Shown here: positions 1 to 19,263 of the stretch, one piece after another
How positions within the stretch are numbered: position 1 is the stretch's first letter
Layout of the letters: each line of letters opens with the position of its first letter
NCBI RefSeq assembly: GCF_009914755.1
Contig: NC_060936.1
Strand: one strand, 5' to 3'
DNA: 64,000 nt
From: the human T2T-CHM13v2.0 reference genome, Homo sapiens
The notes under the pieces: generated by a model
Database searches by the model: none
What the model saw: the letters and a program-made list of their open reading frames with translations, nothing else
Told to the model about the DNA's origin: nothing
Translations under genes and position numbers: made by a program

Positions 1-543
1 TGTCTGGAATCCCGAGGGTTATATTTAGGAGCTGGGAAGATTACCCCCAAAGATGTTCTCAGCTAAGAATGGATTAGGGATTCTTGCTTCTGTCTGTTCT
101 TAATTTTTGGGTTTGACAACCACTTATTTTTTCCTTTGTTTACAATCTACTCACCAGGCTCATACCTACAATGTGAACATACAGTATGCCCTTATTAGCA
201 GATTCAATGGCTCACATTCTTTCAAAAGGTCTAATTTGACAAATACATAAGACCCATTATTTCCTAGAATGTTTGTAATATATCTAATTGCAAATGGTGC
301 TGTGGTTGGCACCATGCAAAGATAACTTGCATAGGACTTTCTGTCTTTTTTCATTTCCCTCAGCACTTGGCATCTTGTCATCTACACAATGGACCCTCAA
401 TAAATGGCCTATATGTGCAAAGAAAGAATGTGTAGCAAATGAAAATACCAGACCAAGAAATGAGTGAGCTGGGAAGTGTTTCCAAATACAGTTAGTGCCT
501 AAAATAGTGTCCTTTGAAAAAACTTTTAAAAGACTTTTTTTTA

Positions 544-663
544 GGCCAGGCATAATGGGTTATCCCTGTAATTCCAGGGCTTTTGGGAGTTGAAGCTGGA
601 GGATTACTTGAGGCCAGAAGTTTGAGACTAGCCTAGGCAATATAATGAGACCCTGTCTCTACA

Positions 664-695
<32 letters not shown>

Positions 696-866
696 AAAAT
701 CAAAATAATTAGCTGGATGTGGTGGCACATACCTGTAGTCAGCTACTTGGGAGGCTGAGGTGGGAGGATACCTTGAGCCCAGGAGGTTGAGGCTGCAGTG
801 AGCTGTGATCATGCCACTGCACTCCAGCCTAGGCTGAGTGAGATCCTATCTCAAGAAAAAAAAAAA
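544..866 (+). mobile_element. Alu (AluJ-like)
   Basis: Dimeric Alu sequence with expanded A-rich linker and polyA tail. Confidence 0.9.
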
Positions 867-1403
867 AGATGACTTTTTTTTCCCCTAATATCTTGAACTT
901 TAAAAATCTTGTATTTCTAAATAAGCTTCAACAATTATAAAATATAAAGTCAATGGAAGAAAACTTTAAAGAGAATATTGATAGAATTCACTACATAAAA
1001 TGTGATGCTTTCAGGCATCCAAAACTCTAATCAAAATTTTAAAATAACAGATAAGTTGAGACGTGTTAATATCCTTACTATTCAAATAATTCTTATAAAT
1101 TAATAAGAATAATATGAAATTGAAATGAGCAATGGACATATATAATTTACGAAAAAGAAGTACAAATGACCAGTTGCCTTATGACAAAAATTTCATTCTC
1201 ACTAATAATCAAAGAAATGATTGTGCAGCATCTGGATTTTATGAAATGAAAATAAATATTAAAAAATAAAAAAGAAATGAAAATTTAAGCAAGGAGAATA
1301 CTTTTTTACTTGTCGAATTGGCAAAGATTTTTAAAAGATAAAAACAAGTGTTGGCAAGACTGTAATTGAAATTGGCTTCTCATACACTAAAAATAGTAAT
1401 ATA

Positions 1404-1701
<298 letters not shown>

Positions 1702-1878
1702 GGTAATATAAGTTGCATAAATCTCTTTAGAGGGCAGTTTAACCTTAGAGTCTTAAAAACGTATATGCCCTTTGGCCCAGCAACTCTAATTTTTAAATTT
1801 ATCCTAAGGATATAATTAGCAATGTAGACAAAATATTTTAATTGTGGTGACATAAAGAAAAAAAGAAAATTAGAGTAA

Positions 1879-2204
<326 letters not shown>

Positions 2205-2207
2205 CTA

Positions 2208-2925
<718 letters not shown>

Positions 2926-2974
2926 CTATGTCTCTCTAGTTGGTAAGATTATACATTTTTTGATTAATTTTCTT

Positions 2975-3142
2975 CCTCCATATTTATTGAATCCTTACTC
3001 TGTTGGTCACTGTTCCAGATACAGTAGTATACAGGACACAGACAGTCCCTGACCGACCACATGGAGCTTACATTCTCTTGGAGGAGACACTGTCAACAAG
3101 CAAACAAGTCTATATTTGTTTTCTTGGTTATAGTGCTATAAT

Positions 3143-3181
<39 letters not shown>

Positions 3182-3745
3182 ATATAATTTTAGGTAGTGA
3201 TATGTTTTAAGAAGGTAGGGAGTGAGGGAGTTACTTTATTTAGGATGATTAGAGATGACTTCTGAGGAGACATCTGAGTAGAGACCTGAATCAAGTGAGA
3301 AGCAAATTATGAGAATATCTGGGAGTAAGAACATTCCAGGGCAGGGGTACAGAAAATGCAAAGGTCTTGAGGAGGAATGAGCTTGGTGTGTTTGAGGAAC
3401 ACCAAGAAAGCCAGTAAGACTGGAAGGGACAGAGTGGTAGCAGGGAGACCAGCTAGGAGGCTGGCAGCAGCTCAGGCAATAGGGGAGGGTGGCTTATGCT
3501 AAGGTAGAGGTGATGAAAGTGGCTGAATTGGGTACTTATTTTGAAGATAGAGCTGACAGGTTTTGCTAATGATGGTGGGCATGGGTGAAAGAGGAATCAA
3601 GTATGACTCTTAGATTTTTGGACTGAACAACTGAATGAATGGTTGTGCTATTTATTAAGATGGGGAAGACCAAGGAGAACAGCAGGTTTAGGAGGAAAAT
3701 CAAGAGATCTCCTTTGGATGTTAAGTTCGAGGTGGCTGGTAGACA
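2975..3745 (-). mobile_element. L2 LINE fragment containing a (CA)n tract at ~3147-3179
   Basis: Degenerate L2 3'-end motifs (tatttattga..., catggagcttacattc..., gtttgaggaac...); boundaries approximate. Confidence 0.65.
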
Positions 3746-4193
3746 TTATATTCCTTATTTTCCAAAATTCCTGAAGTAAGTACATATTTGTTAACACGTG
3801 TTACTTTATAAAATTATTTTAAAAGCTAAATGAAATAAAAGAAAAAAGTGAAGACTTTTTCTCCACCTCATAGCCAACATTCATGTTCATTTCTTTATGT
3901 TGTTTTCAATTTTTTAACATAGTTTTCATATAACTATGATAATTATATAATTGTGAGTTTGTATTTATATATATAGCACATATATATTCTGATTTTTCCC
4001 CTCAACCTGATTTCATAAGACACTTTCATGTTTCTATTTGTATCATGATATTTTTTAAATGGATGTATAATGTTCTATAGTATTATCTCATACTTAATTT
4101 AAATATTTTTCCTTTGTTAAAATTTTTAGTTGTTTTATATTACTTTGAACATCTTTGTACAGATAGTTTTTTCTCTGTAATTATTTTCTTTAA

Positions 4194-4650
<457 letters not shown>

Positions 4651-4699
4651 GGATTATTTTCTAAGAAAACATTTTATTATGGATTTCTAAAAAAAGTTA

Positions 4700-7033
<2,334 letters not shown>

Positions 7034-7551
7034 TACCTTATTGATTATTTTAAACCTACAAAGGTAGAAAGAAAAGGCTTCTTATTGTTAATAATTTGTT
7101 TATTTGAATTAGCATCCAAAGAAGAGCCATATATTGCAATTGGTTGATATCTGTCTTAAATCTTTTTAGGGGTTCCCTTTCCATTTTTTTAAAGTTGAAG
7201 AAACAGGGTCTTTGACCTCTAGGGCTTCTCACCATTTAGATTTTGCTAAATGTGTCCCTTGGTGTCATTTAAAATGTTCTTCTGTCTGCTATATTTGTAG
7301 TAAATTGGTCATTAGCTCTAGAGGTTTACTCAGATTGACATTTTCTTTTTTTCTTTTTTGAATGCCATTCCACATGTATAAATATCTGGTTGTCTCTCAT
7401 TTTGTGGTAACTCAAGTCTATGAAAGAACCTAATTATATTCTTTATAATAAATGCACAATGAAATTAGGTAGAAATTGTGGTAGAAGAATGGGCTGGTGA
7501 ACTTATGGTCTTACTTGGTCCAAGATATAATAATGTTTCTTTTTCTTCCAG

Positions 7552-7643
7552 GAGGCTGAGAAAATGTTAGAAATTGGGGGAGACAAGTTTCCCTTAGAGA
7601 GCAGGAAGTTACTAAGTAGTCCTGGAAAGAACATCAGTTGCAG
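7552..7643 (+). CDS. Predicted internal exon (EAEKMLEIGGDKFPLESRKLLSSPGKNISCR)
   Basis: Acceptor tttcttttttcttccag, donor CAG|gtaaaa; 92 nt open frame, phase-compatible with the next exon. Could belong to a lncRNA or microprotein transcript. Confidence 0.6.
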
Positions 7644-7869
7644 GTAAAACTTCCAAACACCAAGGAGTTTACTTTTGGGTTATTCTCTAAGTGTTCTGGC
7701 TTTGTGGTGGTGGTGGTGTCACAAGTGCAGCTGCTGGCATAAAGAGCTAAATGTTCAGCCTCCCAGTTCCATCCTGTGAAAATACCTTTTCCATCTCATT
7801 GTTTATTGAATACCTGCTATGTACCAGGCACTGTATCAGGTTATGGAAATCACAAGAAGAGAGGTAAGA

Positions 7870-8100
7870 AAGCCAATGTACTGAGTGCCTCCTTTGTGCT
7901 GGGATTGTGCTAGAGGGTTTACTTATGTGTTGTCAGTTAACCTGTACTCATATGAATATCACTATCCACATTTGTATAAGTGAAGAAACTAAGTCTTAGA
8001 GAGTTTTAGGTAATTTATCCAAAGTTACAATGTTGCTGAATAGAAAGATTAGGATTCAAACCCTGGTCGTCTTCTATTCCTCAAACCAGTGCTCCTTCTG
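7870..8100 (-). mobile_element. MIR
   Basis: MIR core (gaagaaactaagtcttagagag...ggattcaaaccc). Confidence 0.7.
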
Positions 8101-8789
8101 CCTTTCTTTGCCACCTTCCAAAGATGAAAAGGATGTGGTCTTTATTTCCAGAGAGTTCTCAGCCTAGTAGGCATGAAATCCAATGCTTGGGCAAGCTTTT
8201 GGGGATAGGCAGAAATAGTCAATGTTAGCCTGGCTTGTGGCATCTGTAGTTCTGGGAGCAAGGGGGAATTGAACTGGGATCATGAAAATTCCTTACTTCT
8301 GCCAATGATTTTAGCCCCTTTCTCTATCAAACCTATTGCTCACCACAAATGACAGGAAGCTAAATTGGTCCATTCATGGTTTTACTCCTAGCATCTTGTT
8401 TCTGAATTGGAAGAGATACACATAGCACTTGTGTACCTCTAGGTACCATAAGCTGAAAAACCTAGAGGTCAAGAGGGAGCAGAGCAAAGGAAAAGAGCAG
8501 GATATCTGGGTCATTGAGATTCTGAAGAATTTACTGCTGCATCACTGAGTTGGTTGTGGTTTATACTGTGGGGGAAATTAGGACAGTCTTTTTCGTAATA
8601 ATAGTCTTGGTTCTTAATAAACTTTCTACGTGTTGTTGTGGAAGGAGCCGTGAGCTTGATTTATCTGGTGGCAAAGTAGGAACAATGTTTCCCCTGTAAC
8701 AGGATGCTGCCTCCTCTCTTGGCATTTTAGAAGGAGATAATCTGGCTTGCAGCAAACATCAAACTATTCTGTTTCTAGGAAACCAAGGG

Positions 8790-9030
8790 CTGGGTTCAAG
8801 GTCTTGATTCTCTACTTGCTGTTGTTTGACCTTGGATAGTCACTTAGCTCTGAGAGCTTTCATTTCTGCACCTTCAAAATGAGGATGTTAATAATCTCTG
8901 TTGCTATGATAGTTAAGATACTAGGAAAGTCCTTTGTGAACTATGAATAGAAGAGATTTGGCTGTTTAAATGGGAAAATGAATGAAAAATGCCTGGCATG
9001 CAGCAAGTGCTCCGTAAGTGGTAGTTCCTG
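8790..9030 (+). mobile_element. MIR
   Basis: MIR core (tgaccttggatagtcactta...aaaatgaggatg). Confidence 0.65.
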
Positions 9031-9357
9031 ATGCTACACTGTTGATATCATAGTGTTGTCAGCAGCATCTCCAGTGAGGCCCTTCGGAGGAGTGCACAGT
9101 TGTGGGAGCAGGACTGGCTGCCACCTGGCACACCAGCCCAGCTTTCAGCACCACCTCATGGGCCACCTTGCCATTCTGACCTCAGTGGCTGCAGGAGAAA
9201 GATCAGACTCCATCTTGTTCCCCGAGTTCCTGAGAGCTGTTGGCTGCGTGGTCTCAAACCCCATCTTCTCCCTTCTATTGGGACAGTGATCATTATAGAC
9301 TGTGGTATGTATTTTACTTGTATGTCTGACATTCACTGTCCTAATGATTGATTTCAG

Positions 9358-9453
9358 ATGTGACCCCTCTGAGATTAATATATCTGATGAAATGCCTAAA
9401 ACTACAGTTTGGAAAGCTCTCAGTATGAATTCTGGAAATGCAAAGGAAAAGAG
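9358..9453 (+). CDS. Predicted internal exon (CDPSEINISDEMPKTTVWKALSMNSGNAKEK)
   Basis: Branch-like ctaat at 9341, acceptor tttcag, donor GAG|gtaaag; 96 nt, keeps the frame of the 7552 exon. Confidence 0.6.
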
Positions 9454-9923
9454 GTAAAGAGAACTGTAACATCTGGTTTTTATTTATTTCTGGCTTTTGA
9501 CAATGGCGATATTGAAGGTAAAATGTGTTTTAGTTGTAAAATGGAATTTGTGTAATAAATAGCACTTCCAGGAACTGCCGCTAACCACATAAGAATAGCT
9601 ATAAGCCTTAAAAAAGTAAAAATGTTTTCTAAATATTTGGTCAGGGTGTTTTAAGCAGCCCGTTTACACAGGTCCAAGGTCAGGAAGGGATTATTTTGGC
9701 ATATAAATTTGCTTTGCCTGTTTATTTCCTTTAATCCTCTTTCTAGTTCTCATTTCAGAATCTGAAGGGCATGTCTCTGGTTACTGCAACCACACAAAGT
9801 AGGAAATTGCTAAAATATTCAGATAGTGTTGATAGTACTGATACATTCTTTAACCTATTTCACTTGTTACATAATGAGAACTAACAACAAGTAAAGATTT
9901 TTGAAATATTAAATTGTAACTGG

Positions 9924-10257
<334 letters not shown>

Positions 10258-10948
10258 TAACTGTTTTTCTGTTTTGAAACCAAATACCGTATATCATTTA
10301 CTAATAGCATAGATCAACCTTAATCAGGTTAATGAAGAAAATGGAAGAACTTGAGGCATTTTTGCCTGCATTGAGGTAGGCTATATGCCAAAATTTCTTG
10401 AATAATTTAGTCCAAATACCATTTAAATATAAGTAAATAACTGAAGACAAAATCTGAGGCCTTCCTAAAGTCAACTTTTCTAGTTAAAAAAAAAAAGCTA
10501 GGAATTAGGAGACCTAGTCCTTCGATTAATTCCTTGTATAACTTGGCAGACCACTGTTTCTGGTGTTCAGTTTACTCAGCAGGAAAATGGAGATAATAAT
10601 AACTAACTGCCCCACTCCTGAGGCTGCTCCAAGGAGAAACTGAAGTGCTCTGAAAAGTCACAGCCACCAGTGGGTGGTAGTGGTGATTTATGTCTTCATC
10701 GAATGGGTTAAAATGAATCTCTGCTGAATGTGAGTGAAATATAGAATCTTGTTTCCTTCGGAGGAAAATCCAGGCAGCTGTCGAAATGTATAACGCACAT
10801 GGTTATTTTTAGTTGAGAACTAGTCTACTTGTAAATGAACTTAAAATATAGCCAGATCCAAATTGTGGTGACATCTTCAAAGTATTGTGTTAAAAGGAGG
10901 AATGAATCATATGTTCCCTTTTTGTCTAATTGTAACACTTTTATTCAG

Positions 10949-10961
10949 TCTCTTCAACTAA
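10949..10961 (+). CDS. Coding start of predicted terminal exon (…SLFN*)
   Basis: ctaat at 10926, acceptor cttttattcag; frame from the two upstream exons ends at TAA 10959-10961. Confidence 0.5.
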
Positions 10962-10984
10962 GAGTCTTTGCTGGGATGGAAGAT

Positions 10985-12110
10985 TTGGGCCGTGTGGTGC
11001 CTCAGGGAAGTTCTGGTTACAGAGAAAATGGCGAGTCTCTCAGAGAAGAAGCAAGACCAAGTCTGGCCCTGTCCTTGGTCATCTCAAAGCCATGCCGAAG
11101 CATTCAGTTATTCTTGGTGTGCATTGGAGGGCATCCAGCTATCCCCATACCAGCAGCCAGTCACCAGATGTGAATGTGGAAGCAGAAGACCACCTCCTGT
11201 TGGTTCTTCTCCTCTTCCTTCTTTTTCTCTTTAGAACGGCCACCATTGAAGACCTAGCTTCCCATTTTCCAGACGTTTTCTCTGAAATTCTCTGCTGGCC
11301 TGCCAAGCCATATGGATTCATTCTGCCACTGAGGAGTCCTTCAGTGAGGTCCCTCTTCCTAAAGGACAGAGTGGGGAGTAGGAGGGGAACAGAGAGGACA
11401 TCCTCTCTGGCTCTCCAGTGCTCTTAGTGTCTACAGCCTCCTAGGCAGCCCTGGGCCTTGGTTTGATTACCTCCCCTGGGGGATGCTGGTCAGACCCAGA
11501 GGTTGTCAGGAGGTCAGCTACCAGGAAGATCCATGATCTGGGCATTGGCAGTGCCTGCCACCACAGCCAGGAAGATGCCTCTGACCTGGGTGCATCTCCA
11601 TCACTCCTTAGCAGCAGCCTGCATAACTGGCAAGAATCTTGGATGATACAAGAGCCAAGAAGGGACATTTGAGTTGTGTCGCTTAGATAGGAAAGGGATC
11701 CAGGGAAAATCAACAGTAAGTGAGGATGAGCAGCGTCTCTTGGTTTTCATTGAGGATAGAGTAAGAGATTGAGTTTAGATTGCAACAGAAGGAATTAGTT
11801 TAGATACCAGGAAGAACTTCCTAGCCTGAAGATTTGTCATAGTGTCTGCTTTCTAGATATCTGGGAAAGATTTGATAATAGTTGTTTGTGAATAGAAAGG
11901 AGGATATGATGTTTTTATTGGCCATTTTGCGGGACTCTTCGACTTCTTGCTGCTGTCTCTTGAGGATACATTCCAATTCCATCCTGGCGAGATCCAAGTG
12001 CTTACGTACTGTCTCCTTAGCTGCCTTAGAGTAAACGATCATCAGTTCAATGGACCAAAATCACCTTCAGCCATGTGGTTTCTTCATCATCATGGATTTC
12101 TTTTGGTTGA
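10985..12110 (-). pseudogene. Decayed Mononegavirales (pneumo/paramyxo-like) nucleoprotein-like insertion
   Basis: Frameshifted motifs ALVSSK (~11655), LKDSSV (~11340), KLGLQWWPF (~11260), LAAGMGIAG (~11157), KNN*MLRHGFEMTK (~11110). Order and spacing resemble RSV N (ALVITK, LGHASV, KLG, NAAGLGIMG, RNQDL). By-eye comparison only. Confidence 0.4.
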
Positions 12111-13348
12111 CAAACATTCTGGCTCTCAGATGCAAAAAGTCACACTGGGAAATGAACTGTAAGTGGTGAAATTAGTTTTGGTATTTAATTTAAAACTACA
12201 TTTATAGTTTTTCTCTTCTCTTCTATGTTGCAATGAATGTAAAGTATTTGGGATCCAGTGCTTATAAACCTTTCCTTCCTTTGTGCACAGAATGTAACTA
12301 GCAAGCCCATTAGCACCCAGATAATTCTATCATGTTAGTTTCCCATCCTGGAAAATCTTTGTACAGTGGGAAGTTCCCCGATGTGTTTTTCTTTCTTAGG
12401 TGAAGGGTTGGCTATATCACTTTATTGAATTTTGCATTCCTTAGACTTTTAAAATATACTAATGTATTCTAGTCTTACTCTAAAGACCTTTGATGTTAAA
12501 GGAATCCTTCATTTATTTCATATTCCCTATCTCATAGGGCCACAATTATTTTAATACAGAGATGATTTTCAAAATATTTTAACAACTGGTACAGGACAGA
12601 TGCCAGCCACTCAGAAGGGATGCCTGCTGTAAACAAGCAGTATGTATGGTTGTACCAATGCCTATTGGCTGAACATTATGCTACTTTCAGATATTAAAAT
12701 GGTGTTCCTTTGAATCGTGGGTATTGTTCCTGGTTTGTCTCATTTCTATCACAAGGCTGTTTTGGGCACAGCCTTAGCTTCCTTTCATATATATATGGTG
12801 CAGACAGGATAGGTCATGCTTCTTGGAACCTATATGGGCATTAAAATCTTCATGAGCCAAAGCTTCACATTTTAGCACTTTAGGATAACTGTAGTAATTG
12901 TACTCATTTACCTACCTAATTGGGAAGAATTAAAAGGCAGCCCATCTGGAGGATAAGCTTTCTTGCAGACTTTTCCCTTGTCCCTCTCTGGCTGCCTCCT
13001 TGAGCTTGCCACTTTTTCATCTTCATTGTTCCCTGAGAACATCTCCCCTTTCTTGCTCTATCTTGCCCCTCCCATCTTTTCCTGCCACCTCTGTGTGGGG
13101 AGGTTGATGACCATTTCACCTCTTTCCCTAGCCTCAGCACAGCTGTAAGGAGTGTATCAAAACTGGGTGAGAGTATCACTCAGAAAAATGCCTCCCCTAA
13201 CACACGGATGTCTTGTGCTGCCTTGACCGCTTGAGGGGAGGAGCCTTCATTAACTCTGTGTAGTGCAGGTACAGGACCACCTGTGCACTTTAGGGTACTT
13301 CTCGAGCTAGACCCTCCTGGATCACTGCGCCTTAGGAATGTTAGCTAC

Positions 13349-14455
<1,107 letters not shown>

Positions 14456-14473
14456 GGTTCGATTTTTTAAAAA
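14456..14473 (-). promoter_or_regulatory. Fossil bornaviral gene-end/gene-start signal
   Basis: Minus strand TTTTTAAAAAATCGAAC resembles the BoDV T2/S3 junction TAAAAAAATCGAATC (recalled) and sits just after the N stop. Confidence 0.7.
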
Positions 14474-14494
14474 TCCATGGGTCCCTATGGACTG

Positions 14495-15890
<1,396 letters not shown>

Positions 15891-16154
15891 GGGTCTGTTA
15901 GTTACTTTTGAAGGCCATGCCAACCCTTTTAGGCCATTAAATTTTTCTCAAACAATAGCCAGCCTCATTTCTGCTTCATCTCTGTGGTAGGAACCATTCC
16001 CTACTCTTACTCCCTCCTCTTGTCCAACTTCCACCAAACACTCAATCCGAGTCCTGGCTGCTTTCTTGCTTAGGTCTGTGGCTGGTAACTGTGGTGAAAG
16101 AGTCAAGGTGGGCAGTGTTTGGGGTAGGAAATGAGTAGTGGTGAAGCAGCAGCA

Positions 16155-16208
16155 GTGTGTGTGTGGGTGTGGGTGTGTGTGCATGCGTGTGCATTTGCAT
16201 GTGTGTAT
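16155..16208. repeat. Imperfect (GT)n microsatellite
   Basis: gtgtgtgtgtgggtgtgggtgtgtgtgcatgcgtgtgc. Confidence 0.8.
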
Positions 16209-16891
16209 GTTGACAAATGAGAGTGTAGCCATAAGATTTCATTGTTACTACTAGTCTTTGTGTACCTATCTGGAGGGACATTAAAAAAATATGGCCATTC
16301 TCCCATCTAGGGGGTTCCCATCTCAGACTTCTCTGATAAGAGTAATTTGAGAACAAATACAGATTCATCTATGGGAAAAGATGTTTAAACTCAGCATGAA
16401 GGAGAAACAAATTTAGGAGTGGAAAGCAAGGCAGGTAGTTAGGTGATTTCCATGACCACATTTGCTTGGGCCAGGGAAGTGGTGCACCTCTTTTATAACA
16501 ATGGGAGATTTCAGAAACAGTTTGAGTGTTGGCAGACCAATGCCCTGATAAGCTTGTGGTATAGAGGTAGGAAGGGAGGGAGGCCAGAGATTAGATAAAA
16601 TGATGGTGGGTGGGATCTTAGCTCTAAATGAAAAGAACTGGACTTACTAAGTGGGTGGATTACTTGCTAGCCATAACTTTTAGGGAAGGGTAGGTCTGGA
16701 GAGAAGGTGAAGACCAGCAGAAATATACTGTGAAATTGCCAAATATGTTTGGTTGCAGAAAACACAGCCTGGCTCTTTGTGGCTAGATGTGACTTCCAAC
16801 TTCTGAAGACAGGATTGCCAAGAGATGTGATCTTTCCACATACAGCTCCTGTCCCCATCTCTTTATGTGTAGAGACCTGGATTTGGGGTAG

Positions 16892-17275
<384 letters not shown>

Positions 17276-17284
17276 GTGATTGGC

Positions 17285-18240
17285 TTTTAAATTAATCACA
17301 AATGTTTGATAAAATTCTGGTATGTGCTAAGTCCCAGGCTTGGTTGATATCTCAGACTATGATAGCTGTGACCTTCAAGAAATTTCTGGCTTGGGGAATC
17401 TGTAGTTTCTGGTTGTCCAAAAAAGATAGTTCTTAGTCCTACTTTATTTTCTACCCACTCAACTCTCCAGACTTCCCTCTTAGTAAAGGAATTCATAATT
17501 CTCCCTGCATCTTCTCTGTTTATTTCAATGTCCATGTTCTGAGTCTCAAGTTTTCCTGAAGCACAGGAGCAGGCTTGGCCCCAGAGCCCCTGGCTTTTTC
17601 AACGAGCATCAGAAATGCTATCAATATATTCTCTCTGTTGCTTTATCAGCTTCTCTAAATTTATTTTGTAAGGAAGTTAGCACCTCCTTCCAGGACTTTA
17701 AACAGTTGTCTTTGCCAATTTGTTCCTGGATTTTCCTTGAACTTCTCAGGTTTCCAAGCCACATCCTAGCAGGGCATCCAGGAGCCTTGCACTGAACCTC
17801 TCAGCTCTTTTGACTTTCTTCTGGTCATAGGTGTTGGGCCTCCCATTAGGTAGAAGTCCTTTGAGCAGACCCGAAATGGCCAAATGAGACATCATCCAAG
17901 TTCCTCCCTCCTTTACTGTCTCGGCTTTTTCAAGCACCCCTTTCACCTCTCTTTTCTGCCTTTTCCTCAGTCTGTCAAGTTCTTTGGAGGAAAGAAGTTC
18001 TTGGTCAGAGGTCCTAAAACCACCACCAGCTGGGGGTGCTGAGAATGGTGAGGAGTTGGACAGTCCCGGGGCTTTTTTGAAAGGGGACTTTATGGTCATT
18101 TCCCCTGTTTAGGGTGAGGGACTAAGAATTCTCAAGCCTTCAGTTTCATCCATATTTCAATGTAAGCAGAAAAGCACATCTCAAAGCCAAATAGAAATGA
18201 TTTTCTACTAAGCCTATCCTTTGTGATTCTTGGTTCCCTT
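17285..18240 (-). pseudogene. Pneumovirus-like M2 gene fossil (M2-1-like ORF, M2-2-sized ORF, gene-end)
   Basis: ELLSSKELDRLRKRQKREVKGVLEKAETVKEGGTWMMSHLAISGLLKGL…NTYDQKKVKRAE vs RSV M2-1 [60 protein letters not shown] (~21/60 identical by eye). Stop at 17599 with an out-of-frame ATG at 17609, a 79-aa ORF 17535-17296, then TTAATTTAAAA. Confidence 0.6.
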
Positions 18241-18259
18241 GGTCTCTTAATATTAATTA

Positions 18260-18950
18260 TAGAGAATGGGCAGTTGAGTCAGTTAACATCTTTTCATCAG
18301 AAAGGAGGGTAATATTCATAACCAAAAGAGATGTAAAGGAAATATATTACTGCTTGAAGTGTGAAAAGAGGAAAGGAGTGTTATGTGAACCTTTTCAGTA
18401 GGGAAATTCAGAAAATGGAATGATTCATCCATAGGCATAATTCTTTTAGGAGATTCTGTGCTCAAAGGGAAGGGAATGGTTTCTGATCCTTCTGAAGAGA
18501 AAAGGAATAGCATTTTTCTTAAACCTAACCCAGTTTCAGCATTGGAGAATACAGAACTTTTTCTTCTAGCTGATGGCATTAATATTTCTTGAGAGAGAGA
18601 ACTCACCCATGGCACTTTTCTGAGCCCAGCAGAAATCAGCGGAGCTTGGGCTTCGCTTAGCAGGTTTGCAATTGACTTCAACATGCAGGCTTTTCACATG
18701 TGCAATAATGCTGGAAACAGAAGCACCAAACTGATTGTGCAATTACTCCTTTTGTAGAAGAGGCCAAAATCCTCCTCCTCCTTCCTTTCTCCTATATTCA
18801 CTCCTCCAGGATCATAAAGCCTCCCTCTTGTTTATCTGTGTCTGTCTGTCTGATTGGTTAGATTTGGCTGCCCTTCCAAGCTAATGGTGTCAGGTGGAGA
18901 ACAGAGCAACCTTCCCTCGGAAGGAGACAATTCGAGGTGCTGGTACATTT
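18260..18950 (-). pseudogene. Possible pneumovirus fusion protein C-terminal remnant
   Basis: PMDESFHFLNFPTEKVHITLLSSF (18435-18364) aligns without gaps to HMPV F PVSSSFDPVKFPEDQFNVALDQVF (7/24). Cys-rich frameshifted sequence upstream, hydrophobic segment downstream. Position matches the F-M2 gene order. Confidence 0.4.
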
Positions 18951-19263
18951 CCCTTGTTTTCTATGTTCTTCTTTCTAGTGGGTCTCATGTAGAGATAGAG
19001 ATATTTTTTTGTTTTAGAGATTCCAAAGTATATATTTTTAGTGTAAGAAATGTACCCTCTCCACACTCCATGATGTAAATAGAACCAGGAATAAATGTGT
19101 CATTGTGATAATCCCATAGCAATTTATGGTAAGAACAAGACCCCTTTCCCTCACCACCGAGTCTCGTGGTCTGTGTCTGTGAACCAGGGCAGGTAATTGT
19201 GACACTGCATCTCATAGAACTCTGCCTGCCCAGATTTTTGTGTGCTCACCTCAATGGGTGAAA

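Noticed and set aside
360-410. AATAAA at 399 as a gene 3' end
   Set aside because: The context resembles a decayed L2 3' end, so its use cannot be supported from sequence alone.
11490-11600. Bornavirus N-like (WIFLVADLLTT) and RSV-like (VRGIF) motifs in the 11-12 kb remnant
   Set aside because: VRGIF is at the wrong spacing and LLTT lacks the downstream QMTT/HPDA motifs, so neither was used as evidence.
17296-18099. Alternative resemblances to influenza NS1 (DQEL…LDRLR), influenza M1, arenavirus NP, paramyxovirus M, delta antigen and retroviral Gag
   Set aside because: Each is a short motif with inconsistent spacing or mixed frames. M2-1 gave a longer colinear match plus matching gene size, gene-end and neighbour. 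They do show how easily chance matches arise by eye.
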